A stretch of 61,274 nt of DNA from Candidatus Omnitrophota bacterium. Lineage in GTDB: Bacteria; Omnitrophota; Gorgyraeia; Gygaellales; Profunditerraquicolaceae. Shown one piece after another: positions 1-9,456 of this stretch; the stretch's first letter is position 1, and each line of letters opens with the position of its first letter. Below the pieces are notes generated by a model. That model was not told where the DNA came from. It worked only from the letters and a program-made list of their open reading frames with translations, and ran no database searches. A program made the translations under genes and the position numbers. The stretch lies in the NCBI GenBank assembly GCA_028712255.1, contig JAQTQJ010000011.1, positions 1 to 61,274 of the forward strand, in the 5' to 3' direction.

Positions 1-180
1 ACGCATAAAGGCAGAACATTGCGGTACCGGCAGATAGCGCAGCGCTCCATAAAGGAGAAAAAGCTGCCCGTAATACACAAGGCTCCTGCTCAGCTAAAAG
101 ATAATCCCTGGAGATATTTTAGGCTTGCGGGGTCGAATCCTACGAAGGCCCCGGAAGAAGCATTGGCCGGCGTTCTTTAA
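1..180 (+). CDS. 3' end of an unidentified ORF entering from upstream (partial)
   Basis: Frame 1 is open from the window edge to TAA at 178-180 (...KDNPWRYFRLAGSNPTKAPEEALAGVL*). The stretch is visibly more GC-rich than the rest of the window. No family recognised; not in the supplied track. Confidence 0.25.
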   Translation, partial: THKGRTLRYRQIAQRSIKEKKLPVIHKAPAQLKDNPWRYFRLAGSNPTKAPEEALAGVL

Positions 181-185
181 AAACC

Positions 186-229
186 TTAAAATAGGACATT
201 TTAAAGTTGCTAGAAATAGGACATTTTAA
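186..229. promoter_or_regulatory. Two tandem operator-like inverted repeats (TTAAAAT-AGGAC-ATTTTAA and TAGAAAT-AGGAC-ATTTTAA) 25 bp apart, each followed by TTGCT
   Basis: Read directly at 186-204 and 211-229. Lies between the upstream ORF stop and the first glycan-cluster gene. Confidence 0.4.
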
Positions 230-330
230 TCTTGCTAATGCAATCACTAATATTAATATTTACTGAAATCATTCCTTGTTGTATAATAATTGGTTATTAC
301 ATTATAGTTTAATAGCGGAGTTAGCAGAAA

Positions 331-2169
331 ATGCGCCTTAAAAGGTTTCTTTATACTTACCGTAGGTCTTTTATTTTTCTTGCCCATCTACTGATTTTTA
401 TTATTGCATTTTTGTTTGCTTTTGTGTTGCGTTTTGATTTTTCTTTCCCCTTGGAGTATAAGTGGTTGATTGTCAAGATATTAGCAATTTTAGCTATTAT
501 TAAGACTCTCATATTCTACTACTTTGGAGTTTTCTCTGGCCTCTGGCGTTATGTAAATATTGATGATGTCTGGAGGATTACTAAAGCCTCATTTATTTCC
601 AGTGTAGTATTTGTTATTGTTGCTTTTTTTATTGGTATCAATTACTATTTGCCTTATTCGGTATTTGTCTTGGATTGGATTTTGTGTACGGGTTTAGTTA
701 CAGGGATGCGTTTTGCTACGCGCATGTTTAGGGAAAGATTTAGGCCTACTCCTAATATTTTTATGAAAAGGGTTTTGATTATGGGGGCTGGAGAGGCGGG
801 GGTTATGGTTTTACGTGAAGTTAAGCATAATCAAGAGCTTGGGATGAGGGTAATTGGTTTTATCGATGATGATCCTAATAAAAAAAGACAGTATATTCAA
901 GGGTTTAAGATTTTAGGTACCCGAAATGATATTGCTTCTATCGTAAAGGAAAAAAGTATTAATGAAGTTATTATTGCTATGCCTTCGGCAAGCGGGGAAT
1001 CGATTAGGGATATAATCTCCCGTTGTCAGCTGCCAAATTTGACAGTAAAGATTGTTCCTAAGTTGAATAAAATTCTGGGAGGGGAGCTGGAGATAAGGCC
1101 GCGCGAGGTTAAACCGGACGATCTTTTGGGTAGAGAGACGGTAAATATCGATAAGCTTGAGATAAGAAAATACCTAAAAGAGAAAAGGGTTTTAATTACC
1201 GGGGCTGCTGGCTCCATTGGTTCGGAGTTATGCAGGAAAGTTGCCAATTTTTCCCCGGAAGAAATTATTTTAATTGATCATAATGAAAACAATCTTTATT
1301 TTTTAATTATTGAACTCAAGTCAAAATATCCTAGCCTTAATATCCAATCGGTTATTGGCGATATCAATGATATCGGTTTGTTGAAAGAAACATTCTCTAA
1401 ATATAAACCGCAGGTAGTTTTTCATGCTGCAGCGTATAAACATGTACCGCTGATGGAGGATAATCCGATAGCGGCTGTAAAAAATAATGCTATTGGCAGC
1501 AGGAATATTATTTATGCTGCGCATCATTATCGTGTAGAGAGGTTTGTTTTGATTTCAACTGATAAAGCTGTAAATCCCGTAAATATTATGGGATTAAGCA
1601 AGAGATTGGCGGAGATTTTCCTGCAGGCTAAGGCAAAACGAAGCAAGACCAAATTTATGGCTGTGCGTTTTGGCAATGTCTTAGGTTCCGATGGAAGTGT
1701 CGTGCCGTTATTTAAAAAACAGATAGAAGCCGGTGGCCCTATAACTATAACGCATCCGGATGCAACCAGGTATTTTATGAGCATAAGAGAGGCTGCCCTT
1801 TTGGTTTTACAGGCAGGGGCAATAGGGGCAGGAGGAGAAATTTTTATACTGGATATGGGGGATCAAATTAAGATAGTTGATTTGGCTAAAGACCTGGTGA
1901 CATTGTCCGGTTTAGAATTAGGCAAGAATATTTTTATAAAGTATGTGGGCTTGCGGCCGGGGGAAAAAATCCGCGAAGAGCTGTTGCTTGATAAAGATAA
2001 AGATAAAATTACTAAACATAATAAGATCTACATTAATCAGCCCGATGATTTCGATCTTGTTTCTTTGAGAAAACAACTGAAGGAATTGGAAAGTTATATC
2101 AATTCAACAAATAAAGATAAAGTTATAAGGAAAATGAAAGAAATAGTTTTTTCCGCTAAAGGTAATTAA
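331..2169 (+). CDS. Membrane-bound polysaccharide biosynthesis protein, CapD/WbpM/PglF-type UDP-sugar 4,6-dehydratase
   Basis: 612 aa. N-terminal TM helices are followed by two Rossmann signatures (VLIMGAGEAG; VLITGAAGSIGSEL) and AAAYKHVP, the layout of this family. Confidence 0.85.
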   Translation: MRLKRFLYTYRRSFIFLAHLLIFIIAFLFAFVLRFDFSFPLEYKWLIVKILAILAIIKTLIFYYFGVFSGLWRYVNIDDVWRITKASFISSVVFVIVAFFIGINYYLPYSVFVLDWILCTGLVTGMRFATRMFRERFRPTPNIFMKRVLIMGAGEAGVMVLREVKHNQELGMRVIGFIDDDPNKKRQYIQGFKILGTRNDIASIVKEKSINEVIIAMPSASGESIRDIISRCQLPNLTVKIVPKLNKILGGELEIRPREVKPDDLLGRETVNIDKLEIRKYLKEKRVLITGAAGSIGSELCRKVANFSPEEIILIDHNENNLYFLIIELKSKYPSLNIQSVIGDINDIGLLKETFSKYKPQVVFHAAAYKHVPLMEDNPIAAVKNNAIGSRNIIYAAHHYRVERFVLISTDKAVNPVNIMGLSKRLAEIFLQAKAKRSKTKFMAVRFGNVLGSDGSVVPLFKKQIEAGGPITITHPDATRYFMSIREAALLVLQAGAIGAGGEIFILDMGDQIKIVDLAKDLVTLSGLELGKNIFIKYVGLRPGEKIREELLLDKDKDKITKHNKIYINQPDDFDLVSLRKQLKELESYINSTNKDKVIRKMKEIVFSAKGN

Positions 2170-2171
2170 TT

Positions 2172-3443
2172 ATGTTAGATAAGAAAAGACTTATTTTATA
2201 TTGCGACAGGGCAATAGTAGCCTGTTTATGTTTGCTAATTTTTTGTTTACCGTTTACAAAAGCCGCAGCCGAGTCTTTTACTTGGGCTGCTATTTTTTTA
2301 TGGTTGTTAAAGAGGATACTGGGATATCGGACAGAGGTTTTATGGGGCCTTTTCCCCAAGACAGCTTTAAATAGAGCTTTATCAGTTTATGTTTTTGCTA
2401 ATATTTTATCAGTTATCTTTTGCTCTAAATTAAATTTATTTTTACGAGGATTTTTTGGCAAAGAATTAAAATTTTTGCTTATATATTTTATGCTAGTTGA
2501 GGTTATAAATAATAAGAAGCGTCTTTTGAGTATTCTAATTGCGATAATTGCTTCTGCTGTGTTATTAACAGTCGATGGGGGGGTGCAATATTTTACCGGT
2601 AGGGATTTTTTAAGAGGCAATTATATGAATAGTTTCTGCGCTTCTTTTTTCGCAGGTAGCGGTTTTGCCGGCTGGTTAATCATAATCATTCCAACACTCT
2701 TGGGGATCTTAGCGGCAAAGATAATTGCGAATGTTAAATTAAAGATTCTATTTTTCGTGATGATTGGCATACAAATTTTATATTTATTATTAACATATTC
2801 CCGCGGGGCTTGGATAGGATTTTTAATTGCCATCTTATTTGTGCTGGTTTATTTTATTAAAAAGTTAAGTTTAATAACCAGGGTCCTGTTTTTAACCGCA
2901 TGTGTTTATTTATTGATTTTATTGATATTTTTGCCGCATATCTTGAACCCACAACTTAAATATGAAATATTAACGAAATTTAAATTTAGTCAAACTCTAA
3001 ATAATCGCGTAAAATCAATACCACAAATAACCACAGGTTCTAATTTAGAAAGGGTTATGCTTTGGAAAGAAGCTCTAAAAATAATCAGAGATTACCCGAT
3101 TACTGGGTGTGGGCTGAACAACTATTCCATAGTTGCCAGGCATTATAAAAGCTTTGAAGGAGGCGGCGTCTACCCGCATAATTCTTTTCTTCAAAAGACT
3201 GCTGAAATTGGCATTGTTGGTTTATTGGCTTTTCTTTTTCTTTTATTTAGTTTTTTTAAAATCGGAGTTATGCATTTAAAGAAAAAGAAAAATTATTTAG
3301 TCTTAGGTTTTTTAGCTGGTATTTTGGCTTTTTCAGTGCAAAGTTTCTTCGACACCAATCTTTATTCATTACAGATGGTGGTTTTATTTTGGTATATACT
3401 TGGCTTAACGATTGCTGTGATTAAATTAGATTCTTCAAAATAA
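2172..3443 (+). CDS. O-antigen ligase/polymerase family (Wzy_C) membrane protein, copy 1
   Basis: 423 aa polytopic membrane protein with YSRGAWIG and HNSFLQ..AEIGIVG motifs typical of the O-antigen ligase family. Confidence 0.75.
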   Translation: MLDKKRLILYCDRAIVACLCLLIFCLPFTKAAAESFTWAAIFLWLLKRILGYRTEVLWGLFPKTALNRALSVYVFANILSVIFCSKLNLFLRGFFGKELKFLLIYFMLVEVINNKKRLLSILIAIIASAVLLTVDGGVQYFTGRDFLRGNYMNSFCASFFAGSGFAGWLIIIIPTLLGILAAKIIANVKLKILFFVMIGIQILYLLLTYSRGAWIGFLIAILFVLVYFIKKLSLITRVLFLTACVYLLILLIFLPHILNPQLKYEILTKFKFSQTLNNRVKSIPQITTGSNLERVMLWKEALKIIRDYPITGCGLNNYSIVARHYKSFEGGGVYPHNSFLQKTAEIGIVGLLAFLFLLFSFFKIGVMHLKKKKNYLVLGFLAGILAFSVQSFFDTNLYSLQMVVLFWYILGLTIAVIKLDSSK

Positions 3444-3464
3444 GATAGATAACCTTATATCGCC

Positions 3465-4316
3465 ATGAAATGCATATTTTCTGTAGATGTTGAAGATTGG
3501 TTTCATATCTCTGGGCTTGTCAATACTCCGGAATTGCCAACTTGGGAATCATTTCCTTCGAGATTAGAAAAAAATTTTATGCAGTTATTGGATATTTTTA
3601 GCCAAAAAAATGTCCAAGTAACCTGTTTCTTCCTCGGATGGGTGGCGGAAAAATTCCCCCATTTAGTAAAAGAAGCAAAAGAGCGCGGCCATGAGATTGC
3701 TTCGCATGGGTATTCGCATAGGTTAGCATATGAAATGAGCCAGGAGGAGTTTCTAGCGGATGTCCGTAAGGCCAAGCAGATAATTGAGGATGTAAGTAGA
3801 GTGGCTGTGCTGGGATATCGGGCTCCGGGATTTTCAGTAACTAAAGATACTCCTTGGTTTTTTAATAAGTTAATGGAAGCAGGTTATACTTATGATTCGA
3901 GTGTTTTTTCTGCCCCAAGGGTATTCGGAGGGCTAAAAAGTAAAAGATACGCACCATATGCGGTAGGCAATGGGTCTTGTGAGTTTATTGAATTTCCAAT
4001 TACTGCGATTGAACTTTTTGGAAAGCCTTTTTGTTTTTTTGGCGGCGGCTATTTAAGGTTAACTCCGTATTTTCTTATTAAAGAGATGGGGTTGAAGGTT
4101 ATAAAAGAGAAACGCCCGGTTGTGTTTTATATCCATCCTAGAGAGATCGATCCAGATCAGCCGCGTTTACTTATGAATATGCAACGAAGATTTAATTCTT
4201 ATGTCAATTTGAAAACTACCAGAAATAAAATTATAAAGATACTCGATCAATTTGAGATTACGACTTTTACTAAATTCATTAAAGAACATAAAATCATGGA
4301 AGAGCCTATCCAATGA
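3465..4316 (+). CDS. Polysaccharide deacetylase (NodB fold, PEP-CTERM-locus-like subfamily)
   Basis: 283 aa. FSVDVEDWFH N-terminus and HGYSH motif. Confidence 0.75.
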   Translation: MKCIFSVDVEDWFHISGLVNTPELPTWESFPSRLEKNFMQLLDIFSQKNVQVTCFFLGWVAEKFPHLVKEAKERGHEIASHGYSHRLAYEMSQEEFLADVRKAKQIIEDVSRVAVLGYRAPGFSVTKDTPWFFNKLMEAGYTYDSSVFSAPRVFGGLKSKRYAPYAVGNGSCEFIEFPITAIELFGKPFCFFGGGYLRLTPYFLIKEMGLKVIKEKRPVVFYIHPREIDPDQPRLLMNMQRRFNSYVNLKTTRNKIIKILDQFEITTFTKFIKEHKIMEEPIQ

Positions 4317-4960
4317 AGAAAAACCAGGTAAAAACATTTTTTAATAAATACGCTGTTGATTTCAGTTTGATTTACGGAGGGGGCAACAATTTTTTTAATA
4401 ATTTTATAAATAATTATTTCAGAAAGTCGATGAAAGTAAGGTTTATAAAAACAATCCAGGGCTGCCAACCGCTTAGCGCAAAGAAGATAATTGATATTGG
4501 TTGCGGAGCTGGGCATTATGAGATTGCATTGGCAAAAGAAGGGGCGCAGTATATATATGCAGTAGATTTTGCCAAAGGGATGGTTGATCTGGCTAAAGAG
4601 AACGTTAAAAAAGCCGGTTTCGCAGATAAATGTAGGTTTGATCTGGTTAATTTTATATCGGATACTATTGGCGAGACCTTTGACTATGCGATTCTTATGG
4701 GCTTTATGGATTATATTAAAGACCCAAAAGTAGTAATAAAAAAAGTACTTTCTATTACTAAATCAAAAGCGTTTTTTAGTTTTCCAGTACGGGGAGGGAT
4801 ACTTGCCTGGCAGCGAAAACTCCGCTATAAAAACCGATGTGACCTATTTTTTTATGATCAAGAGCAAATATATAATTTATTCGAAGGCTTAGAGTATAAA
4901 AATCTAACAATAGAAAAAATTGGGCGGGATTTTTTTGTAACCGTAACCTGCAATGGATAA
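4313..4960 (+). CDS. Class I SAM-dependent methyltransferase
   Basis: 215 aa. Motif I IIDIGCGAGHY. 4-nt overlap with the upstream gene. Confidence 0.75.
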   Translation: MKKNQVKTFFNKYAVDFSLIYGGGNNFFNNFINNYFRKSMKVRFIKTIQGCQPLSAKKIIDIGCGAGHYEIALAKEGAQYIYAVDFAKGMVDLAKENVKKAGFADKCRFDLVNFISDTIGETFDYAILMGFMDYIKDPKVVIKKVLSITKSKAFFSFPVRGGILAWQRKLRYKNRCDLFFYDQEQIYNLFEGLEYKNLTIEKIGRDFFVTVTCNG

Positions 4961-5732
4961 ATATGATTTCTTAGATGCCAAGTCTCTCATAAACTTTATG
5001 CCTTATAAGAGGGAAATAGACCTTACTATTTTTGTGCCTTGTTACAATGAGGAAGGAAATATCATAGACACTTTCAATACTTTGACATCGGCACTATTAA
5101 AAACTAAGCTTTCCTGGGAAATTATAGTTATCGATGATGTTTCGACAGATAAATCTAAAGAGTTGATTTGTCAGTATATTGATGCCCATCCTGAGTATTC
5201 CATAAGGTTATTGGCTAGGAAAGTGAATATTGGTTTGGCTCAGAATTATATCGATGCGGCTTTTATCGCAAGAGGCAGATACTACAAGTTGGTTTCCGGA
5301 GATAACGCTGAGCATCAGGAAACCTTAGAAAATATTTTTAGCCTTTTAGGTAAAGCTGACATGATTATTCCCTGCCATCTTAGAGTTCAGGGGCGTTCTT
5401 TTATGCGGGACCTGTTCTCTAAAACTTATACTTTTATTGTTAACGCTATCAGTGGTTATAAGATTAAATATTATAATGGCGGGGCATTACATTTGACTCC
5501 TAATGTGTTACGCTGGCACACCGATTATCACGGGTATAGTTTTCAGGCGGATATTATCACTCGTTTACTGGACCAGGGGATGAGTTATATCGAGATTCCC
5601 GGCACTTCTCACGAAAGAAAAGCAGGGGTATCGCAAGCGCTTAAAGTAAAGAATTTTTTATCTGTCAGCCATTTCTTCCTTGATTTGTTAATCAGGCGGT
5701 TTGGCAGGATATACCGGAATAAAGCTAAATAG
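4953..5732 (+). CDS. Glycosyltransferase family 2
   Basis: 259 aa. GT-A signature TIFVPCYNEE ... IVIDDVSTD. Confidence 0.8.
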   Translation: MDKYDFLDAKSLINFMPYKREIDLTIFVPCYNEEGNIIDTFNTLTSALLKTKLSWEIIVIDDVSTDKSKELICQYIDAHPEYSIRLLARKVNIGLAQNYIDAAFIARGRYYKLVSGDNAEHQETLENIFSLLGKADMIIPCHLRVQGRSFMRDLFSKTYTFIVNAISGYKIKYYNGGALHLTPNVLRWHTDYHGYSFQADIITRLLDQGMSYIEIPGTSHERKAGVSQALKVKNFLSVSHFFLDLLIRRFGRIYRNKAK

Positions 5733-5740
5733 TTTAGTTT

Positions 5741-5854
5741 AATCGTTGCGCAGAAATCCCCGCCTTCTAAGGCGGGGCTGAATGCGCAACGATTATCCGC
5801 CAACGCTCCAGTGGCGGATAATCCAGAAAAGAAACCACGGGCTAAAGCCTGTGG
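5741..5854. repeat. Cluster of three GC-rich hairpins (family C)
   Basis: AATCGTTGCGCA..[CCCCGCC-TTCTAA-GGCGGGG]..TGCGCAACGATT at 5741-5794. TTATCCGCC-AACGCTCCAGT-GGCGGATAA at 5793-5821. CCACGGGCT-AA-AGCCTGTGG at 5835-5854. Confidence 0.85.
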
Positions 5855-5880
5855 AGATTCATTTTTATTCGGGAGATTTA

Positions 5881-6396
5881 ATGGGAATTTTATGTTTTTC
5901 AGTTGTCCTGGTAATAGCTGCAATAGTTTTGCATTTAATTTTATTGAAGCTTAAGTTTCGTTTACCTAGCAATCCTCTGATAGCAATAATTTTGATTTTC
6001 TTTTTCGTTTTGGTAGCCGGTTTTACAATCTCCTTTTTTTTAAGAAATGAATACAATTTTTTGCCAAATTCAATTTGGGAATATCTGCAAGTATTAATTT
6101 TCTATTTTCCGGTTATGTTAAGTTATGTCATTACCTATGTTGCGCTGGAAGATGACTCTCCTTCTATGACTATTGCGCGTTTTGTAGAACAGGCTAAAGA
6201 AAAGGGGAGAAGCCGGAGCCAAATAATGCAGATTATTACCAATGAAGCTTTAATATTACCCCGAATCAAGATTATGCTAAAAGACGGCTGGATAGAATAT
6301 AAAAATGGGCAGTATCTTGCAACGAAAAAAGGGCGATCCTATAACCAGTTTTTTGCCTTTGGGCTAAAACTATTAAGAATAACCAGAGAAGGCTAA
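5881..6396 (+). CDS. Membrane protein with C-terminal winged-helix-like domain, unknown function
   Basis: 171 aa from ATG 5881 (GGGAG SD). TM helices are followed by a soluble tail (...LPRIKIMLKDGWIEYKNGQYLATKKG). The track ORF start at 5782 translates the GC-rich palindromes. Confidence 0.5.
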   Translation: MGILCFSVVLVIAAIVLHLILLKLKFRLPSNPLIAIILIFFFVLVAGFTISFFLRNEYNFLPNSIWEYLQVLIFYFPVMLSYVITYVALEDDSPSMTIARFVEQAKEKGRSRSQIMQIITNEALILPRIKIMLKDGWIEYKNGQYLATKKGRSYNQFFAFGLKLLRITREG

Positions 6397-6403
6397 TATA
6401 AAA

Positions 6404-7351
6404 GTGTTAGAAAATTATACTCTATTAGTTTTGGCTCCTATTTTAGGTATGGTGAGCAATATTTTAGTTCATGTAATTGTGTCTCGTTTTAATCAGAGGC
6501 GCAGCCAGATAAAATGCCTTATTTTTGGTTTTATTTCCGGTTTAATTTGTGTGGTGATTCTATCTTTGGTAACCTATTGCAAGCAGATTAATAATTTAGA
6601 TTTTATTGCTTATTTATTGTTGGGTTGCATTGCTTATTCTGCGTTTGCTTATGTTTATTTTCATTTTATTAATATAAATATTGCTTCTCTTAGAATCCGT
6701 ATTCTGCAGGAAGTCATTGATTCCCCAGATGGCTTGACGGAAGAAGGCATACTTTCTCGATATAATGTTGAACAGATGCTTGATAATCGTATCCAGAGAC
6801 TAGTCGATAGTGGCCAGCTTATAGAGAAGCAAGGTGTTTATTCGCTTGGAAGTAATCGTATTTTTCTTACATTATTCTGGTTTTTTGAGGCATTAAAATT
6901 CATTTTTCTCGGCCGAGGTAACCGTTTATTAAGCCCGAATGATCAGCAGCCATTGTCTTTTGGCCTACTTATCAGAGTTTTATGGCAGAATCAGTTTTTT
7001 CGATTTCTATGCATTGGCGCAATAAATACTCTTTTTGGATATTGCGCCTATGCTTTTTTGGTAATTTTGAATATTGATTATAGGATTGCCCTTACCATTA
7101 GTACTACTCTTGCGGTTTTGTTTAATTATTATACAAATGGCCGTTTCGTTTTTCGTAATTCCGGTAAAAAAGTTCTTTTGAGGTTTATTCTATTGAATGT
7201 AATCATGTATATATTTAATCAGCTACTTCTTATTACCCTGGTTAGCCTTAGAATGGGGAAATTGGTGAGCCAGGCGTTGATAGTTCCTATTGTAATTATT
7301 ATTACTTTTATAATTAACAAAAGGTGGGTTTTCTTTAAAGGGAAATCCTAA
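6404..7351 (+). CDS. Fusion of a TM + winged-helix-like module with a C-terminal GtrA-like domain
   Basis: 315 aa, GTG start. The N-terminal half resembles 5881-6396 (..RIQRLVDSGQLIEKQGVYSLGSN). The C-terminal ~120 aa is a GtrA-like 4-TM domain (FFRFLCIGAINTLFGY...NGRFVFRN). Confidence 0.65.
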   Translation: MLENYTLLVLAPILGMVSNILVHVIVSRFNQRRSQIKCLIFGFISGLICVVILSLVTYCKQINNLDFIAYLLLGCIAYSAFAYVYFHFININIASLRIRILQEVIDSPDGLTEEGILSRYNVEQMLDNRIQRLVDSGQLIEKQGVYSLGSNRIFLTLFWFFEALKFIFLGRGNRLLSPNDQQPLSFGLLIRVLWQNQFFRFLCIGAINTLFGYCAYAFLVILNIDYRIALTISTTLAVLFNYYTNGRFVFRNSGKKVLLRFILLNVIMYIFNQLLLITLVSLRMGKLVSQALIVPIVIIITFIINKRWVFFKGKS

Positions 7352-7362
7352 AAGGAAAGAAA

Positions 7363-9453
7363 ATGCAGATGATAAGTTTTATAATGCAGGCTGTAATTGC
7401 AATATTTAGTTCCTGGTTGTTTACAAGAGCTTATTTTTATTCACGGTCGTTTAGCGACACAATTTTAACCTGTTTTATATTATTATTTGCTCAGATTGTT
7501 TCAGTAGAGCTTGCTTTAGGAATGCTGGGGCAATTCTATTTTTTAAATGTTTTTATAGCGCATCTATTAATTCTAATATTAGCTTATCTGAGCTACCGTA
7601 ATAAAAAAATCCCCTATCTTTTAAAGGTGGATTTAGGGATTTTTATGGACAGTAAATTATTAATTTTTGCTTTTTCAGTTTTTCTCGCCTTTTTTTCTGT
7701 GAAAGGTTACTTTAATCTGATCAATCCTCCTATTTCACCTGATAGTTTGCAAGGCCACCTTGCTTTTCCTGCCACCTGGATTATGCATGGAAATTTAGAG
7801 AATCGCCTTTGTATCTTTGGCGCAACCCCAATCCTGCATCCAGGTTCGTTAGAAACTACTGCCGGCACATATTATCCTATCAATGCCCAGTTATTTTTTG
7901 CCTGGCTTATGCTTCCTTTAAGAAATGCATTCCTGGCGGATATGGGAGAGGCTCCTTTTTATATCATTGGCATAATAGCAGTATATTCTATACTTAAGAA
8001 TTATAACGTTGATAAAAGGCTGGCTTTGTTAAGCGGTTTCCTTTGGGTCCTTATTCCGAATATCTTTAAGCAGCTTAAAACTGCATCTCAAGTTGATGTT
8101 GTTTGTGCGGTAATGTTTCTTCTGGTGTTCTACGTTGTTTTATTGCTTAAGCAGAACTTCACTTTAAAGAATTCTTTACTCTTTGGTATCACAGCAGGGC
8201 TTTTTATTGGAATCAAGATTATTAATATAGTTTGGTTAGCCGCTCTTATGCCAGTGATTTGCTATATGTTTTATCATGGAGCAAGAACCGCCAAGGCTAC
8301 TTTGAAGAAAATTTTAATTAATTTAAGTGTAATTGTTTTTTTTATTGTTTTATTTGGCGCATATATGTATATAAAGAACTTTATTTTGTTGGGTAATCCC
8401 GTATTCCCGGTTGATTTGACAATCTTTGGTAAAACTATTTTTAAAGGTTTAATTGATAATGCGACCTATGCTATAAAAATTGCTCCGGGAGATGGATTTA
8501 ATTTTATGAGGATAACTTTTAGGGAAGGCCTGGGCTTGCAATTTTTGTTTTTTGTTTTGCCTGGTACCTTTGTACCGTTATTTTTTTATCAGTATTTAAA
8601 GAAAAACAAATATTCCATTACCGAATATATGTTGATTTTTGCTACTCCGCTTATAATGTTTATTCTCTATAGGGCTTATGTTAATGTATTTGTCGTTCGC
8701 TATCTTTTCCCATATATAAGTTTTGGGCTATTAACGGCAATTATTTTTGTGACTAGATTTTCCAAAGGGAACAGGTATTTAGCTGTTGCTTCGTTTATCT
8801 CTATTTTTGTAGCAAGTTTTGAATTAGCTAACAGGTATGAACTGGTAGTATCGATTTTACTTTATTTAATATTTTTTACCTGTTTAGTAGTTTATAAAGA
8901 AAAAGTAATTTTGTTCTACAGAAGCAAGAAGTTCGGTAAGTTTATATTAATCTCTTTACTTTTGGTATTTTTATTTTTAATCTATTTTAACGAAAAATAT
9001 GATCGAGAAGAATTTGACCGCTATCCTAAGGTTTTTAGTAAGAAAGAATCTTGGCAGGTAGATATAGGAAGAGGCTGGAAGCGACTTAATGAATTAACTA
9101 ATACCGGCTCCCGCGTAGCTTATACCGGCCGTCAGGAAGTTTATCCTTTTTTTGGCAGGAGGCTTAAGAATGAAGTAAAGTATATCTCTATTAACGAGAA
9201 AGAAGCCGCTCCTTATAATAAACCTGATGGCCGGTATCGGGAAGTCAAAGATTTTTTGGCTTGGAAAGAAAATTTAAAGAAAGAAAGGATTGAGTATTTG
9301 TTTATAGCTCTTCCTTTTGCCATTAATAGAGAGTCGCAAGACCCCAGTAAATTTCCCATCGAAGATGAATGGGCTGCAAATCAGCCGGAAAATTTCCGAC
9401 TTTTATTTAGTAACTCATTATCCCATATTTATAAAGTTTCATTAAATAATTAA
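7363..9453 (+). CDS. Large polytopic membrane protein, GT-C-like (ArnT/PMT-type) glycosyltransferase, paralogue 1
   Basis: 696 aa. Many TM helices plus a C-terminal soluble domain. Shares blocks with 12480-14558 (YYPINAQLFFAWLMLPLRNAFLADMGEAPFY; GNPVFPVDLTIFGKTIFKG; FPIEDEWA). Confidence 0.55.
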   Translation: MQMISFIMQAVIAIFSSWLFTRAYFYSRSFSDTILTCFILLFAQIVSVELALGMLGQFYFLNVFIAHLLILILAYLSYRNKKIPYLLKVDLGIFMDSKLLIFAFSVFLAFFSVKGYFNLINPPISPDSLQGHLAFPATWIMHGNLENRLCIFGATPILHPGSLETTAGTYYPINAQLFFAWLMLPLRNAFLADMGEAPFYIIGIIAVYSILKNYNVDKRLALLSGFLWVLIPNIFKQLKTASQVDVVCAVMFLLVFYVVLLLKQNFTLKNSLLFGITAGLFIGIKIINIVWLAALMPVICYMFYHGARTAKATLKKILINLSVIVFFIVLFGAYMYIKNFILLGNPVFPVDLTIFGKTIFKGLIDNATYAIKIAPGDGFNFMRITFREGLGLQFLFFVLPGTFVPLFFYQYLKKNKYSITEYMLIFATPLIMFILYRAYVNVFVVRYLFPYISFGLLTAIIFVTRFSKGNRYLAVASFISIFVASFELANRYELVVSILLYLIFFTCLVVYKEKVILFYRSKKFGKFILISLLLVFLFLIYFNEKYDREEFDRYPKVFSKKESWQVDIGRGWKRLNELTNTGSRVAYTGRQEVYPFFGRRLKNEVKYISINEKEAAPYNKPDGRYREVKDFLAWKENLKKERIEYLFIALPFAINRESQDPSKFPIEDEWAANQPENFRLLFSNSLSHIYKVSLNN

Positions 9454-9456
9454 AGA

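Noticed and set aside
129-140. tRNA/tmRNA-like T-loop string GGGGTCGAATCC.
   Set aside because: The flanking bases do not form a T-stem or acceptor stem, and the string lies inside an open reading frame.
5782-5880. N-terminal extension of the 5782-6396 track ORF (MRNDYPPTLQWRIIQKRNHGLKPVEIHF...).
   Set aside because: It is the translation of the GC-rich hairpin array. A proper SD+ATG exists at 5881.
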